From Octopus vulgaris (lineage: Eukaryota): a stretch of DNA of 64,000 nt. Under the pieces are notes generated by a model. It did not search any database and was not told where the DNA came from. It saw nothing but the letters and a program-made list of their open reading frames with translations. This document shows, piece after piece, positions 40,407-54,301 of the stretch; position 1 is the first letter of the stretch, and each line of letters begins with the position of its first letter. The stretch covers positions 29,140,001 to 29,204,000 of the forward strand of contig OX597828.1 of the NCBI GenBank assembly GCA_951406725.2. The letters are read 5' to 3'. The position numbers and the translations under genes were made by a program.

Positions 40407-40904
40407 CAGTTAAAATGACGACGAAGTTGAATTGGGGGGGAAAATGTCAACAAAAGTGTCGGAGAACTTGACGAAGGAGGACAACATAAAAATAAAGAAA
40501 GGAGAGAACCAAGTGAACGAACTAAACCCAAATATTTATATTTCTTTAGAGTCAATAAACAACTGATTTCTTAAATCAACAACTGCCACGTGTCAGAAAT
40601 TTTGCAGCGATTACATATTAATGGAAACGAATTGGGTTTTTGATCTTCGAATCGTTCTTTAAGTTGTGTTAAATTTCAACTGAGGAATTCTCTAAAGGAA
40701 AAAAAAAACAACAAATTTTTGTAATTTCGCCTGTATATACATGCGTTAACCGCACGCCCACACACACATATATATTGAGAAAGATACGATTGTGTGTGTT
40801 TGCGTGTGTGCGGTGTTGGATGTATCTGTCCAAAATGTTCCTTCGCACAGTGTGATCAATTTTTATGCCGCGAAGAAATAAAAAAGAAGTCAGCTTAAAC
40901 TCAC

Positions 40905-41190
40905 CAGCGAATTAACGCAGTCTTATATCTTCGTCACGAAATAATCTAGTCTCCTTGTTTTGAACTTTTATCAATAACTATTTCCTGACATGGACCATCA
41001 GTAATTTCTTCAGATTCCCTTCCGACCTGTTTTTTATTAATTGAGCATGTTATTCTAGAAATAGTCAGTCCAAAAGTTTTACATCCAAAGAAGGGTGGTC
41101 GAGACAGTAGAGACACCAAACTAAACATTATATACTATCACGCTCGGTTCGAACTTGAAATCCAACCGGAGTAGGGGTGGGTGGGCTCAC
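40905..41190 (-). other. Candidate non-coding 5' exon/promoter region of the YccV-like gene
   Basis: Strong donor CTG|GTGAGT at 40905 in unique, CpG-retaining sequence. The 5' boundary is a guess. Confidence 0.3.
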
Positions 41191-41543
41191 CTTTGTTTTA
41201 TATTTTATTTTTATTTGTTTGTTTGTTTGTTTATCATACCATCAATTAAAACCCAGTTACATCACAAATTCGTCTCGATCGTTTAAGCTTTTCCCCTGCA
41301 CATGTTTAGTCTTGTGTCAAGATAAGAAAACCATCGCACAGTTTTAAGGTGGCGTGAATGACTGAGGTAGCTGCGAGCCCAGTCAAATACTTTCAAATCT
41401 ATATACCTCGGGGCCTCTTCTTTCAAAAAAAGACGAAGATACCAGAACGGTGTTACATATAAATTTAATTCAGCAACATTTCTAAGTTCAAATGTTACCG
41501 AAATTGAGTTCTGCTTTTCTTTCTTTGGGAATAAACAAGTACA

Positions 41544-41599
<56 letters not shown>

Positions 41600-43938
41600 A
41601 AGGGGCTTGTTCCAGTCTATTGCGTACCTTGAACAACAGAAAGTAGCTATGCCTAATCAGAAGGGACTTCTTATGGTCAGGGTGCTTTTTCTTAAACATC
41701 AAATCAACAATGTGGTTTGTTATTGTATAGACACCAAAACATAAAAAGCGAACGACTGAAAGTAGAACAAATAATAAATTCTTACTTGATATTTCTGGAA
41801 ACAGTTGGTAGAAAAACAAAATTGATTTTTTTAAAATAAGGCACCATATGATGGATCGTTTGGGTCGAAGATCTGAGCACAGCTATTAGGGGAACGGTGA
41901 AAAGTTTGAGACGAAGGCGGGTATATATCGGGTATTTCGCCCTTCACGTTGCATCCAGATCATGCCCACTGCCAGGCACTGCTTATATATATGTCGTCGT
42001 GGTTACTCGAGATCGATATCAGATCGATGCAAGTTGAAGGAATGTCTACGTCCTAAAACAGAAACACAATCAGGTACTAAGAGTTGATATTTGTTTTAAA
42101 GAGTTGAAACTTTTTAAGGAACGAAAAGTATTTCCCTTTCTACAACGTACGCGCGTTATTTTAAACCTATTTGTCCACGATACTAGCACCCCCTTGTCCA
42201 CATTAGAAAAACAACAGCAAATACTAGTATTTGTAATAACAATAACACGGAAAATACAAAATAAAAACAACTTACAAATTAAAACTAAGAGTTGCCAAAG
42301 TATTTAAATATGACAATAAATCCGTGAAAACTGCACAAAATAACTCAATTGTTTTGGTGTCTATGTCATCCTACTCGTTTCATTTCTAGCAAATCATAAA
42401 AAGAATAAAGTTATCGAACTACATCTATTATTTTTTTAAGATGTTACAGAAAAGTAATATAAACGAAGCAGCTCTTAATATAATTGATGAAACCAAAATA
42501 TTGGCCAAGAAGTAGTTCGCTCTTCTTACATCGTTGCAATTGAAGGAATCCGTGATTTCCGCTTTCACCGATAAAAGGAGGAATCATAAACGCGTGTAGC
42601 AAATGTTTACAAACACAGCAGCAGTTTAATATGGGTGTTAGACTAGGAAGAACACGTTGACCAAACACTTTATAATAATTAGATCTGCATTACTGCCTCA
42701 TTTATGCATTGACATCTATCTATCAATCGCGCATAAATTAAAGTATTAATTTATAATGTATACTTTATATACTTACATATAAACAAGGATACATCTATGT
42801 GTCTATATATTTACATGTATTAATTAAACAGTATATACTTTATATACTTACATATAAACAAGGATACATCTATGTGTCTATATATTTACATGTATTGAGA
42901 CGAAAGATTGCCCATGTATTAATTAAACAGTGTTGGTAAAGAACGGAAAATAAAATAATATAATAAATACTTCACCAATAACCAACTGCCACGACGCATA
43001 GACGGATGGAAATTAAAAGAGAGGACCTAATGAATGCTGTGACGTTTGCATTCGGAAATATATGAAAACTGTATTTTGTTACAATGAAAGAGAGAAGAAG
43101 GAAAAAAAAACTATATTAAAGGAAATTAAACCTACAAAGAAGGAAGCTATGCGTTGAAATGGAGATACTTAGGGGGTGGTCGTAGGTGTGAAGTTCTGAC
43201 TGCTGTTTCTTGTTTTGTTTTGTTTTTCTTCTTTTTCTTTCCCAAACCCCGCCCGTATTTGAACTCACGTCATTGCAGAGTTGTTATTGTTATGATTGCC
43301 ATTGACAAATCATTCTGAAACTCACCATTTAGAGAACTCCATTTAGCAAGGTAGATAATAATAGTAATAATATATTTCTTTACTACCCAGAGGGGACAAA
43401 CAAAGACAGACAAAGGGATTAAGTCAACTACATCGACCCCAGTGCGTAACTCGTACTTTATTTATCGACCCCGAAAGGATGAAAGGCAAAGTCGACCTCG
43501 GCGGTGTTTGAACCCAGAACGTAACGACAGACGAAATACTTATTTCTTTATTACTCACAAGGGGCTAAACACAGGGAGGACAAACAGGGACAGACACACG
43601 GATTAAGTCGATTATATCGACCCCAGTGCGTAACTGGTACTTAATTTATCGACCCCGAAAGGATGAAAGGCAAAGTCGACCTCGGCGGTGTTTGAACCCA
43701 GAACGTAACGACAGACGAAATACTGCTGAGTATTTCGCCCGGCGTGCTAACGATTCTGCCAGCTCGTCGCCTTAATAATAATAGTAATAATAATAATAAT
43801 AATTAAGGAGATGTACTCGCCATAGCAAGTGATTTGATCTGAGATCGTGTGGCTGGAACGAAAACAATTGCAGCGTGGAAGGTGTTTGTAAGCCATTTAA
43901 GAAACACACAAAAGCCGTTCGATTCACTTCCACGGATT

Positions 43939-43988
43939 TTTGTCAGTGAACAGGTCGCGGATTTTAGCGACGAAAATATTTTGACAAA
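43939..43988 (+). ncRNA. Minimal type-I hammerhead ribozyme motif, G3:C8 core variant
   Basis: Stem I TTTGTCA/TGACAAA, core GTGAACA plus G, stem II GTCGC/GCGAC, GAAA, palindromic stem III AATATT, predicted cleavage after 43981. Confidence 0.75.
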
Positions 43989-44900
43989 TTAAACTTAAAT
44001 GTTGAAGTGAATCGAACGGCTTTTGTGTGTTTCTTAAATGGCTTACAAACACCTTCCACGCTGCAATAATAATCAATTCTTTCTACAAGGTTTACAAGGC
44101 CAGCAATTCGAAGAGAGACAGTAAACCAAACACTTAACTTCCCACCCACCCCAATATTCAATTAGTACTTTATTTTATTGACCTCGGAGTGGGGTGGGGT
44201 GGGGACTGGCAAAGTCGACGACCTCGCCGGAATTTGAACTCAGAATGTAAAGCCGGAAGAAATGCTAATAAGCATTTTGTCCGGGGCAACAGCGATTCGG
44301 CCAGCTTGCCACCATAATAATGGTTTCAAATTTTGGCACAAGGCCAGCAATTTTGGAGGAAGAGTAAGTCGATCGCATCGACTTCAGTACTCGACTGATA
44401 GTTATTTTATCGACCCTGAAAGGATGAAAGGCAAAGTCGACCTCGGGTGAATTTGAACTCACAACGTGAAGACGGATGACATGCTCCGCTGCATTTTATC
44501 CGGCGTGTTAACGATTCTGCCAGCTCGCCGTCTTATTATTTAATAACACTTTCTACTATAAGCACAAGGCCTGGAATATTGGTGGTGGTGGTGGTGGATC
44601 ACTCAATTACATCGACTTCAGTATCGAACTGGTATTTATTTTATCGAACCCAAAAGGACGAAAGGCAAAGTCTACCTCGGCAGCATTTGAACTGGGTACC
44701 TGAAGACGAACTAAATGCCGCTAAGCACTTTGTCAGGCGTACTAACGATTCTGCTAGTTCGCAGGGGAGGGATTAACTGACTCCATCGCTCTCAGTACCT
44801 GAGACGACTGGGCCAAATTATGGAGGTGGTTTATCAAAAGTGAAAGCATTTGTTCGGCAATTTCCGTAATTTTTTTTTATTTCTTTATGCCTCCTACGAT

Positions 44901-47143
44901 ACCGGGGCAAGTTGAAACACATGATATAAGCTTGTTGGTTTGATCAAGGGCTTTTATTACGGTTCATTACATATTATCATCAGAGTCACAATTAGGGCAT
45001 GTGAATATTGTCAGACCTGGTGTGCATGCCTCGTGAACCCAACCTTTACAATCAGAGCATTGAAGCCACACTTCCCTTCCTTTGCTGTTGGAAAAAGGCT
45101 CGCAGCACACTAAGCAATAGCACTCTTCCTCAAAACAGTTGGACCTTTTCCCTTCGTTGACCTGCCCTTACTGAGTCCCTTTCTTATCGTTCCTTTATCA
45201 ATGTTTGCCTTCTTTTTACTTTTACTTTTTGTCTTTTCTTCTATGATTGCTCTTTTAACCGGCGAGTCAGTGAGGATTTCAGAACAACGTTTCTTTCTTC
45301 CTCTGGTTGATTCTTTCCTTGGGCCTGCTTTGGGTAGTGGACGGATTTGAAATGGTGAAAGAAAAGACCTGGCAGCTATGTTGCTTGAAGGCCCATGTGT
45401 TTCGGGTGCTGAAGGCTCAGGTGCTGAAAGTGCAGGATCCGGTCGGTCAGTGACATAGCTTGGTGCAAAGTTGCTGTCTGTGAAAATGTTGCAATTAAAA
45501 GGGCGTATTCCTGTAGAAGAAAAGCCACTAAGAATGTTCGTCGGAGTTGCAGTCAATGGCCATGCAGTTTTGATAATACACGGAATGTCATAAATGGTCA
45601 TCGTCTGGCCAGGATGGTTGATATGCCAGGCATCAATGGCAGTGTTTGTGTACTTCTTCAGTGGTCCATAGACCGTTTTGTCCAACGGCTGTAACCTGTG
45701 TGTGCAGTGAGGTGGGAAAGAAAGCATGGTGATGCTATTGTCTGATGCATAATCAGCCCCTCGATACTAAGGTGGGAATCATGATTGTCCAGCAAGAGAA
45801 GGCTCGGTGACTGCTTTGAACATTTCACATTCCTCGCAAAGTGTTGAAGGAATTTCACAAACTACTCCTCACACATCCAACCAGATGGATTAGCACCTCC
45901 ATCGCTGCCTGATGGTCCATTGTTCAGGAAATGTGGCCTAAAGTTCTTCCAGGGAAAAACAAAAAACGGTGGTATACTGTTTCCAGCGGCATTTACACAG
46001 CATGCCAATGTGACGAGAGTTCCCCTCTCCGTACTTGTCATTTTCCCCCACTTGCTTTGTTCCTTTTCTGGCAATAATTCTATCGAGGCGCTGCACAGTT
46101 GTTATGCCAGTTTCATCCATGTTGTAGATATTGAATGGATCAAATTTATAGCGAAGCATCACCTCAGCAAGTTGGTTGAAACACATAGCAACATTTGTCT
46201 TGTTGAAACTTGTTGCCCGTGCCAAGCTTGTTACCTGTGGACTTCTTATGGATAAATTCTTGTGTCGTTGAAGATACCCAGAAAACCAGTCTGCACCTGC
46301 CGTTTCTGTCTCATGCCTGGTTGGAGGGATATTACATCCATGTGCCTTTGCCATCTGAAAAGCCAATTTCCGCACATCCTTTGGAGCAAGCCCATAGTAA
46401 ATTTCTGCGGCAGCCAAAACATACGCCTCTAACTGATTCTCGAACTCGTCGGTGAGAACTTGCCGTGGCTTTTCGTATCCACTAAGACTGTGATCGTTGT
46501 CGTTTGCTTCAGCGGCCTTGGCGCAGTAGCGGTATGAAGGTAGCGGTATGAAGATAGAACAGGTTGGTATAGATAAAGATAGCTGATCTAAAACTATAGC
46601 AAGCAATACATAAATTATTCAATGAATTGATCCAATGTACCAGACATGAATCAAATAGCAAACACTCTTAGTTAAAATGGGATAGGTACAGTCTGTGAAT
46701 CAATGGAAGCAACCTACAACAACTTTATCACAGGCCGGAGCAAGTTGACACACTGTGTCAACGTGCTCCTGTTTGCATCTGTCAACTTGCCCCGACCCCA
46801 TTTCCCTCGTAAATGTAAACACTGAAAGAAAACCGCAAGGGTTTCGCAAGACTCTATTTCTATAGGGTCGTGAGAGATATTTTACTAACTCCATAAGGTT
46901 TAATACATATAATGCAGTCTTAAACAATATCCAAAATAACTAATTATCAAAAATGTCGAAAATAACTTACCAAGTGGAAAATTCCAATGTTGTCCGCGGG
47001 TAGCAGACAAACTCTCAAAACGGCGACGAAGTCAAATGAGGGGGAATGTTATACTAACAGCACTACTATGATGCCATTAAATCGTCCGAAATTAGTTTCG
47101 CATTTTCTCTAGAGAAATTGTGTCAACTTGCCCCGGTCTCCCC
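44901..47143 (-). mobile_element. Decayed pogo-superfamily (DDE_1) DNA transposon
   Basis: Inverted ACCGGGGCAAGTTGA(A/C)ACA at 44901 and 47119-47137; internal copies of the motif at ~46734-46795; transposase remnants between. Confidence 0.85.
44967..46500 (-). pseudogene. Frameshifted pogo-like transposase (CENP-B-type HTH, DDD catalytic domain, C-terminal PHD-like finger)
   Basis: AGADWFSGYLQRH, IYNMDETG, LLLLDNHDSH, PPHCTHRLQPLD, WLQCSDCKGWVHEAC..CPNC, split across frames. Confidence 0.85.
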
Positions 47144-47838
47144 TACTTCAATGTCCCCGTGCGTGCATACACACACACACATTGTTGGATGGTCGTCGAC
47201 TGCTCATGAGCTCTTTCGCCCTTTCACAGGTCTTATTTTTCGTCCTGTAGGCTGTCTAGCAATCACCCTCCTCACCAAGCAAGCCTGGTGGGGTTGCCAG
47301 TTTAGTCGCCGACGACCCGGCCATGCAACAGATCGTACTGGATCGAAGGAGAGGGGCTTTCTCCGTCCGGGTTGCGGATCCGTGGAATAAGTTGCCGGAC
47401 AAGATAGCGAAGATGCCGATGACCGCTCGGTTCAAAGTCTCTCTTGACTAGAAATGGCCTGAACTCTTTGCATGAACACCCTCCCTATACATAACTCCAT
47501 GTCCCCCTACATGGCCTTGCTTTTTGCCTTTTGAGCCAAAAAATTAACTTAACTTAACATGTTACCAGTAGCGCCCAACAACGACCTGACATACATACGC
47601 ACGCGTACATACATACACAGAAAAATACATAAACAGAGGATTCAGCTGAAAAAAAAATTAAAGAAATAAAAAATATTTACGGAAATTGCCGAACAAATAG
47701 TCTTAAAAAAATTCAGCCTTGGCGGGCACTTATTTTATCGACCCCGAAAGGTTGAAAACCAAAGTTGACACCGGAGGTATTTGAACCCAAAACGTGAAGG
47801 AACCACATGGTTCCGGTATGCGTCAATGTATGTGTGTG

Positions 47839-48121
47839 CATACATACACACACATACATACACGCATACATACATACATACATACATACATACATACATA
47901 CATACATACATACATACATACAGACAGACAGACAGACATACATACACACACACATACATACATACATACATACATACATACATACATACATACATACATA
48001 CATACATACATACATACATACATACACACACATGCATACATACATGCATGCATACATACATACATATATACATGCATGCATACATACATACATACATACA
48101 TGCAAGCATACATACATACAT

Positions 48122-48152
<31 letters not shown>

Positions 48153-48297
48153 CAGACATACATACACACACACATACATACATATATACATACATACATA
48201 CATGCATGCATGCATACATACATACATACATACATACATACGTACATACATACATACATACATACATACACACACACACACGTACACATGCATACAT
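47839..48297. repeat. (CATA)n/(CAGA)n array
   Basis: Seen directly in the sequence. Confidence 0.97.
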
Positions 48298-50162
48298 AAA
48301 CAGTAATTATAACGATAAAGAATACGCAGATTGGAACAATCCTCAAAATTTATTTCCTTTTATTTTACAATCTCAAACAACTGTGACCCGGAACGTAACT
48401 GGGAACTACCAAGTATCCACTCGGATAATGTATCCTTCTAAACTTACACGCACACACACACACATATCATAAAGAAAAACAGAAAACCATCCATCTTCAT
48501 AATTTAATTATTAAGAATTATTCTCATCAAATTCCAATCCGACACGTGTTTCTGCTGGATGAGTGTCCAAGTCTCCTGTAATGTAGTTGATGTAGCTGTT
48601 ATTTGCATTCTGTAGAATTAGTACAGGCGCAGGAGTGGCTGTGTGGTAAGTAGCTTGCTTACCAACCGCATGGTTCCAGATTCGGTCCCACTGCCTCGCA
48701 CCTTGGGCAAATGTCTTCTACTATAGCCTCGGACTGACCAAAGCTTTTTGAGTGGATTTGATAGACGGAAGCTGAAAGAAGCCCGTCGTATATATATATA
48801 TGCTTGTGTGTGTGTGCGTGTCCATCGCTCGACAACCGATGCTGGTGTGTTTACGTCCCTGTAACTTAGCGGTTCGGCAAAAGAGACCGATAGAATAAGT
48901 ACTAGGCTTACAAAGAATAAGTCCTGGGATCGATTTGTTCAACTAAAGGCGGTGCTCCAGAATGGCCGTAGTCAAAGTGACTGAAACAAGTAAAAGAGAT
49001 CTGTACTCATGAAAAGGTTGACCTTCCTGTGCAGCCTTGTTCAAAGTTTTACCTATACCCGATTCACCCACCCGTATGGGTAGCACCTTGAACATAGCTG
49101 CATAAGAATGCCAACCTTTGCATTAATAGGACAATGCAATTGACTTAATATTTTTCAAAAATGCACATAATAACTACATCAAAACAGAAAGTAAGACCCT
49201 CATCCAGCAGAAACACGTGTCGGATTGAAATTTGATGAGAATAATGCTTTAATCCACTGCCTGCCATGAGTCCCATTTGGGGATCTGCTAAAAACAGTCT
49301 CATTGCCGGTTGTTCGTTGTGTTTAAATGATTTGCTTATGTACATTGTATTTGCAGAGGTAAATCCCGAATTCGCTTCATTGGACTCCATACAGGATACA
49401 AAGTATAGAATCAAGACAGCACAGACGTTTAATCTTCTGCTCTCGGGTGTAAAACGTGTAGGAGAGAAAATGTGATTGAAAAGTATTCTTTCTTTTATCT
49501 TAATGAGAAAAACCTAAACAAACTGACTTCATACAGAGAATGAACGATGTTATTTTAGTGCTTTCTACAAGGAAGATTACTTTTGGTTACTCTTCGATTT
49601 CTAAAAACCCATAAGATGCCGGTTAAAGATTTTTACAATGTAATCAGCGACGAGACGAAGGCAGTTGCATTTTTACAAGAAACCAGCTGCAGATTCACAC
49701 CATTTCTTAAGAAAAAGAAAGGTGTCACTTTGGTGTGTGATCTGCAATTTAAAGGGAGATTACTTTAGGTTACTTTTTAGTTTACTTTGTGTTTGTGCTA
49801 CTTTCCATGTGATCTACGTCAGCACATTTACTTTCGTGGGTGATCTACGCGCTTATTGTAATAATTATATAGTTTTTTTTTATTAAAATATTAAGAATTT
49901 AGAAAAAAATACTTTTACAATGCTAAGTATGTACAATTAAAAGAAGTAACCTAAAGTAATCTCCCTTGTAGATCACACGCCAATATAACACCGAGTGGAC
50001 ATCCCCCACGAAAAGCCTGATTTATTTTGACCACACATCAAGAGTCTGTATTTTGAGGAGAAAGGATGACAAGTTCACCTTAACTCAGAGATGTACGAAT
50101 GGGAAATATTCAGAACCAATGAGCGAAAATACGCAAGAGGATTCATTATACACACACACACA

Positions 50163-50200
<38 letters not shown>

Positions 50201-50748
50201 CTATGATTTTTCTTTGTCTATGAAGAAGGAAAAGTTTGATAGAGATGAAAAATGGCTCAGAACACTAAGCAAGCCATTTAATCCGGCGCTCTATCAACAA
50301 GCTGCTTTAGTTCGATTACAATAACTTTTCCTCTACTTCTTTTCTTTCTTTGCAACAAATAAGCAATCTAGTACTGCGCTCCATCAACTTTCTGCTTTCT
50401 GCCTTTTTTTTTTTTTAACGACAGAGACCGAAAGTGAGACAACTGAAAACGTGTATTCGTCCACACGCCTCCCAAGGGCATTAAACACGTATTTCGCCTG
50501 ATACTTTACTCCATCTGCCATGCATCCCCGGGGATGCAGAATAATGACTATAGGAATAAGAATGACAAAAACGAATATCTGATGAGAACTAATATCAAGC
50601 ACTACATCAAAATTTGAATAAAGACAATTGGAATAATGTTCGTGTCGTAATATTCATGTCTTTCCCAAAGGCATTTGTGGAATGAAATAAGTTCAAAATT
50701 CTTTATTTATATTTAATTATATCTCTCAAGTTTATCAAAACAGATCGC

Positions 50749-51144
50749 GGATCTTTTCGGTTTGAACGGCAGTTTTTTCTAGCAGTATCATATGAAATTG
50801 TCACCTATAATTATGACCCTAGTATCGATCTATTGCATTTCAATCTGTTTTAGGGTTAGGGTGGGGGGAAGGGTATCTTTTTTTCTTCAGAAATGTAAAT
50901 TAACCCTATCTGTTTCTTAAACAAGGGACATATTCATACGACACCTCAATAGACGTCGTTGATCGGTTGAAATAGCAGAAATTGAAGAAAAAAACAACAA
51001 ATATCTTACAAACTATAGAATTTTCTCAATAAAGCCAAGAGAAAAAGATGTTTTATAAACACATTCTACCAGTATATGAAGTTTAAAAGTGTTTAGTTAC
51101 GTGGAAATTATTTAAAAAAACGGCCGTTCAAACCAAAAAGATCC
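50749..51144 (-). mobile_element. Same MITE family, opposite orientation
   Basis: TIRs; TSD cagatcgc/cagattgc. Confidence 0.85.
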
Positions 51145-51792
51145 CAGATTGCCTACAGTGGATAAGAACTCAGAACCTGCTTGCTCGTAGACTAGTACCA
51201 TATCAACTAAGACGTATTGTACCAAATTGCCAAACTCACAATTTTCAAGTTGTTGAATGTTACTTGTACCAGTCTGATAGTTCTAAATCATTCTTCTCAA
51301 TGTTTACCGTACAAAAATCGTTATTTCATTATGCGAAGCCTTAAATTTCCTAAAATTCTTCACTCATTTAGCATCCTTGTCAATATCTGATTTTAGGGAC
51401 AAGATACCAAGTCAAATTATGCCAACGCTTAAAAAGCACCGAAAAAGAACTGCCAGAGTTCCCTCCCTTGAAGTTATAGAGCTGGTAAGAAAAATAATTT
51501 TCGTTATAAGCATTCCGCCTCCAGATACTTTTATGTTTTAATTTTGCCGTATTAAGGGGAAAATCGTATTAAATAATTAATTTCATTAGAAATAAAAGAG
51601 ATTAAATAATTACGACTGATCAAATTTGAATAGAAAAGTAAACTGAAAAATATTTCAGTATTGACAACAAAATCTTGTAATCATAAGATTTCAGTAAATT
51701 TTATGTTCCTGTGATTTGTAACAAAAATTCAAATAAATAACAACATTATTGTTTCTTAAATTTCAAAAGCATTGGTAAACTTAAAAAGTATT

Positions 51793-52178
51793 GGATCTTT
51801 TCAGTTTGAACGGCAGTTTTTAACATAATTTCTAGGTAACTAAAAAATGTTAAACTTCGTATACTGGTAGAATGTGTTTATAAAACATCATTTTTTCTTG
51901 GCTTTGTTGAGAAAATTCTATAGTTTGTAAGATATTTGTTGTTTTTTTTCTTCAATTTCTGCAATTTCAACCAATCAATGACGTCTATTCAGTTAAAAAG
52001 CATTCTGTGCCGTATGAATATGTCCCTTGTTTAAGAAACAGATTGGGTTTATTTACATTTCTGAAGAAAAAAAGAGAAACCTTGCCCCACCCTAACCGAG
52101 ATTGAAATGCAATAGATCGATACTAGGGTCATAATTATGGGTGACTAGAAAAAACTGCCGTTCAAACCGAAAAGATCC
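51793..52178 (+). mobile_element. Same MITE family
   Basis: TIRs; TSD aaagtatt/aaattatt. Confidence 0.85.
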
Positions 52179-54197
52179 AAATTATTCTTTTATATATTTC
52201 AGCCCAATGACTGTGGCCACGCTGGAGCACCGCCATTGTAATCATCTTTCCACTTTCCCCCTTTGTCGGAGCGGTTTTTGGTGAAGGATGGAGTTCGATG
52301 CTACTGCCCGCTTTTATGTAATAAGATTCCTCAATTTGGTATTTCATTGGCGCTCATTTGTCTTTCCATCACCAATGGTGTCAATGTTACAGAAAAAAAT
52401 CTAGGAAGTTGTGGCTGTGTGGTAAGTAGCTTGCTTACCAACCACATAGTTCCGGGTTCAGTCCCACTGTGTGGCACCTTGGGAAAGTGTCTTCTACTAT
52501 AGCCTTGGGCTGACCAAAGCCTTGTGAGTGGATGTGGTATATATATATATGTATATGTGTTTGTCCCCACACAACATCGCTTGACAACCGATGCCGGTGT
52601 GTTTATGTCCCTGTAATAAGTATTAGGCTTACAAAGAATAAGTTCTGGGATCGATTTGTTCAACTAAAGGTGGTGCTCCAGCATGGCTGCAGTCAACTGA
52701 CTGAATCAAAATAATAAAAAAAAGTAAGTGTTGATTTCATCTTCATGCAATATTTAATGCAAGGTGTATACAAGCACCGAAAATATAGGACATCAGACAA
52801 CATGATTAGAGGCTCATTGCATGTTAGAGGTGTTGCATACTAAGTTTATCTAGATCTGGCTCAGAGTAGATATTTTGATGGGCTTTTAATTAGCAATTCC
52901 TTCAAGCTCATTTGCAGTAACTATCATTGTTCTAAGCACTTCTAACCACTGGTAGTAGTTCAACAATGTGGTCTTACTTTCAGGTCCATCATCATCATCA
53001 TCATCGCTCTGACGTCCACTTTTCCATGCTTGCATGGGTGGGACGGAGTTTATCGAGGCAGATAGTCTACGGCTGGATGCTCTTCCTGTCACCAACCTGC
53101 ACATGCTTTCAGGTAATGTAATATTTCTCCATGGCCAGACATGGGAAGTGAATGACATTCATTTACAACTATCACACATTCGCAAACAAGGAGATACAAA
53201 AACACAAACAACAACAACAATAATAATAATAAATGCCCTGATGCACTACCCAACAGTGGCTCTCGTGGCTTCTGATCTTAACTGATTGGAAGTGTTATCA
53301 TGTACATTGTTTTGTCTTGGTATAAAAAATGGGCTACAGCAAATATTCTGCTCAATACCACAGATTTGCTTGTCACTTGTTTGACCTTAACCAGTTGAGC
53401 ATGTCCCTTAGTGGCTGACGATATGTGCGTCTCTGACCACGAGCAGAAGTAGTGGGGGAGCATCATAGCCGTGTGTTGAAAGGAATTCTTTGGGGTTTGA
53501 ATAATTCACCTTTGGAGACATGGGTGTTTTGTTCAACATCCTTAAACAACCCTTAATCAGGGACCTTTTGAGTGGGATGGGCTACTTAACCTGAAAAAAA
53601 ATTCTAACTGGGCCCCACCTGCAAAGTCATGTGCTGTTTATCTTGATATGAGGTCACTATGTTGCGCACATATGGTTGTGATGTATGTGCCTGGTATATC
53701 CTTATCAGAAGGGTAGTCATGATGGGTATACTGAGCTTCGTATATTTTATCCCATTATCACTTTGACAGCATGCACTGCTCTCCCATTCAATAATAATAA
53801 TCCTTTCTACTATAGGCACAAGGCCTGAAATTTTGAGGGAGGGGACTTGTCAATTTCATCGACACCAGTGTTTCACTGTTACTTAATTTATCGACCCCGA
53901 AAGGATGAAAGGCACTGTCGACCTCAGCGGAATTTGAACTCAGAACGTAGCAGCAGATGAAATACCTATTTATTTACTGTCTACAAGGGGCTACACACAG
54001 AGGGGACAAACAAGGACAGACAAATGGATTAAGTTGATTATATCGACCCCAGTGCTTAATTGGTACTTATTTAATCGACCCCGAAAGGATGGAAGGCAAA
54101 GTTGACCTCGGCGGAATTTGAACTCAGAACATAGCGGCAGACGAAATACCATTAAGCATTTTGCCTGGCGTGCTAATGATTTGGCCAGCTCGCCGCT

Positions 54198-54244
<47 letters not shown>

Positions 54245-54301
54245 CATAAATTTTAAAAAAAGACAACAAAAATTGAGAAAGCAATTTAGTTAAAAAAGCA
54301 G

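Noticed and set aside
49721-49992. Degenerate inverted repeat, a possible MITE
   Set aside because: The arms are gapped and no TSD is visible, so it cannot be classified.
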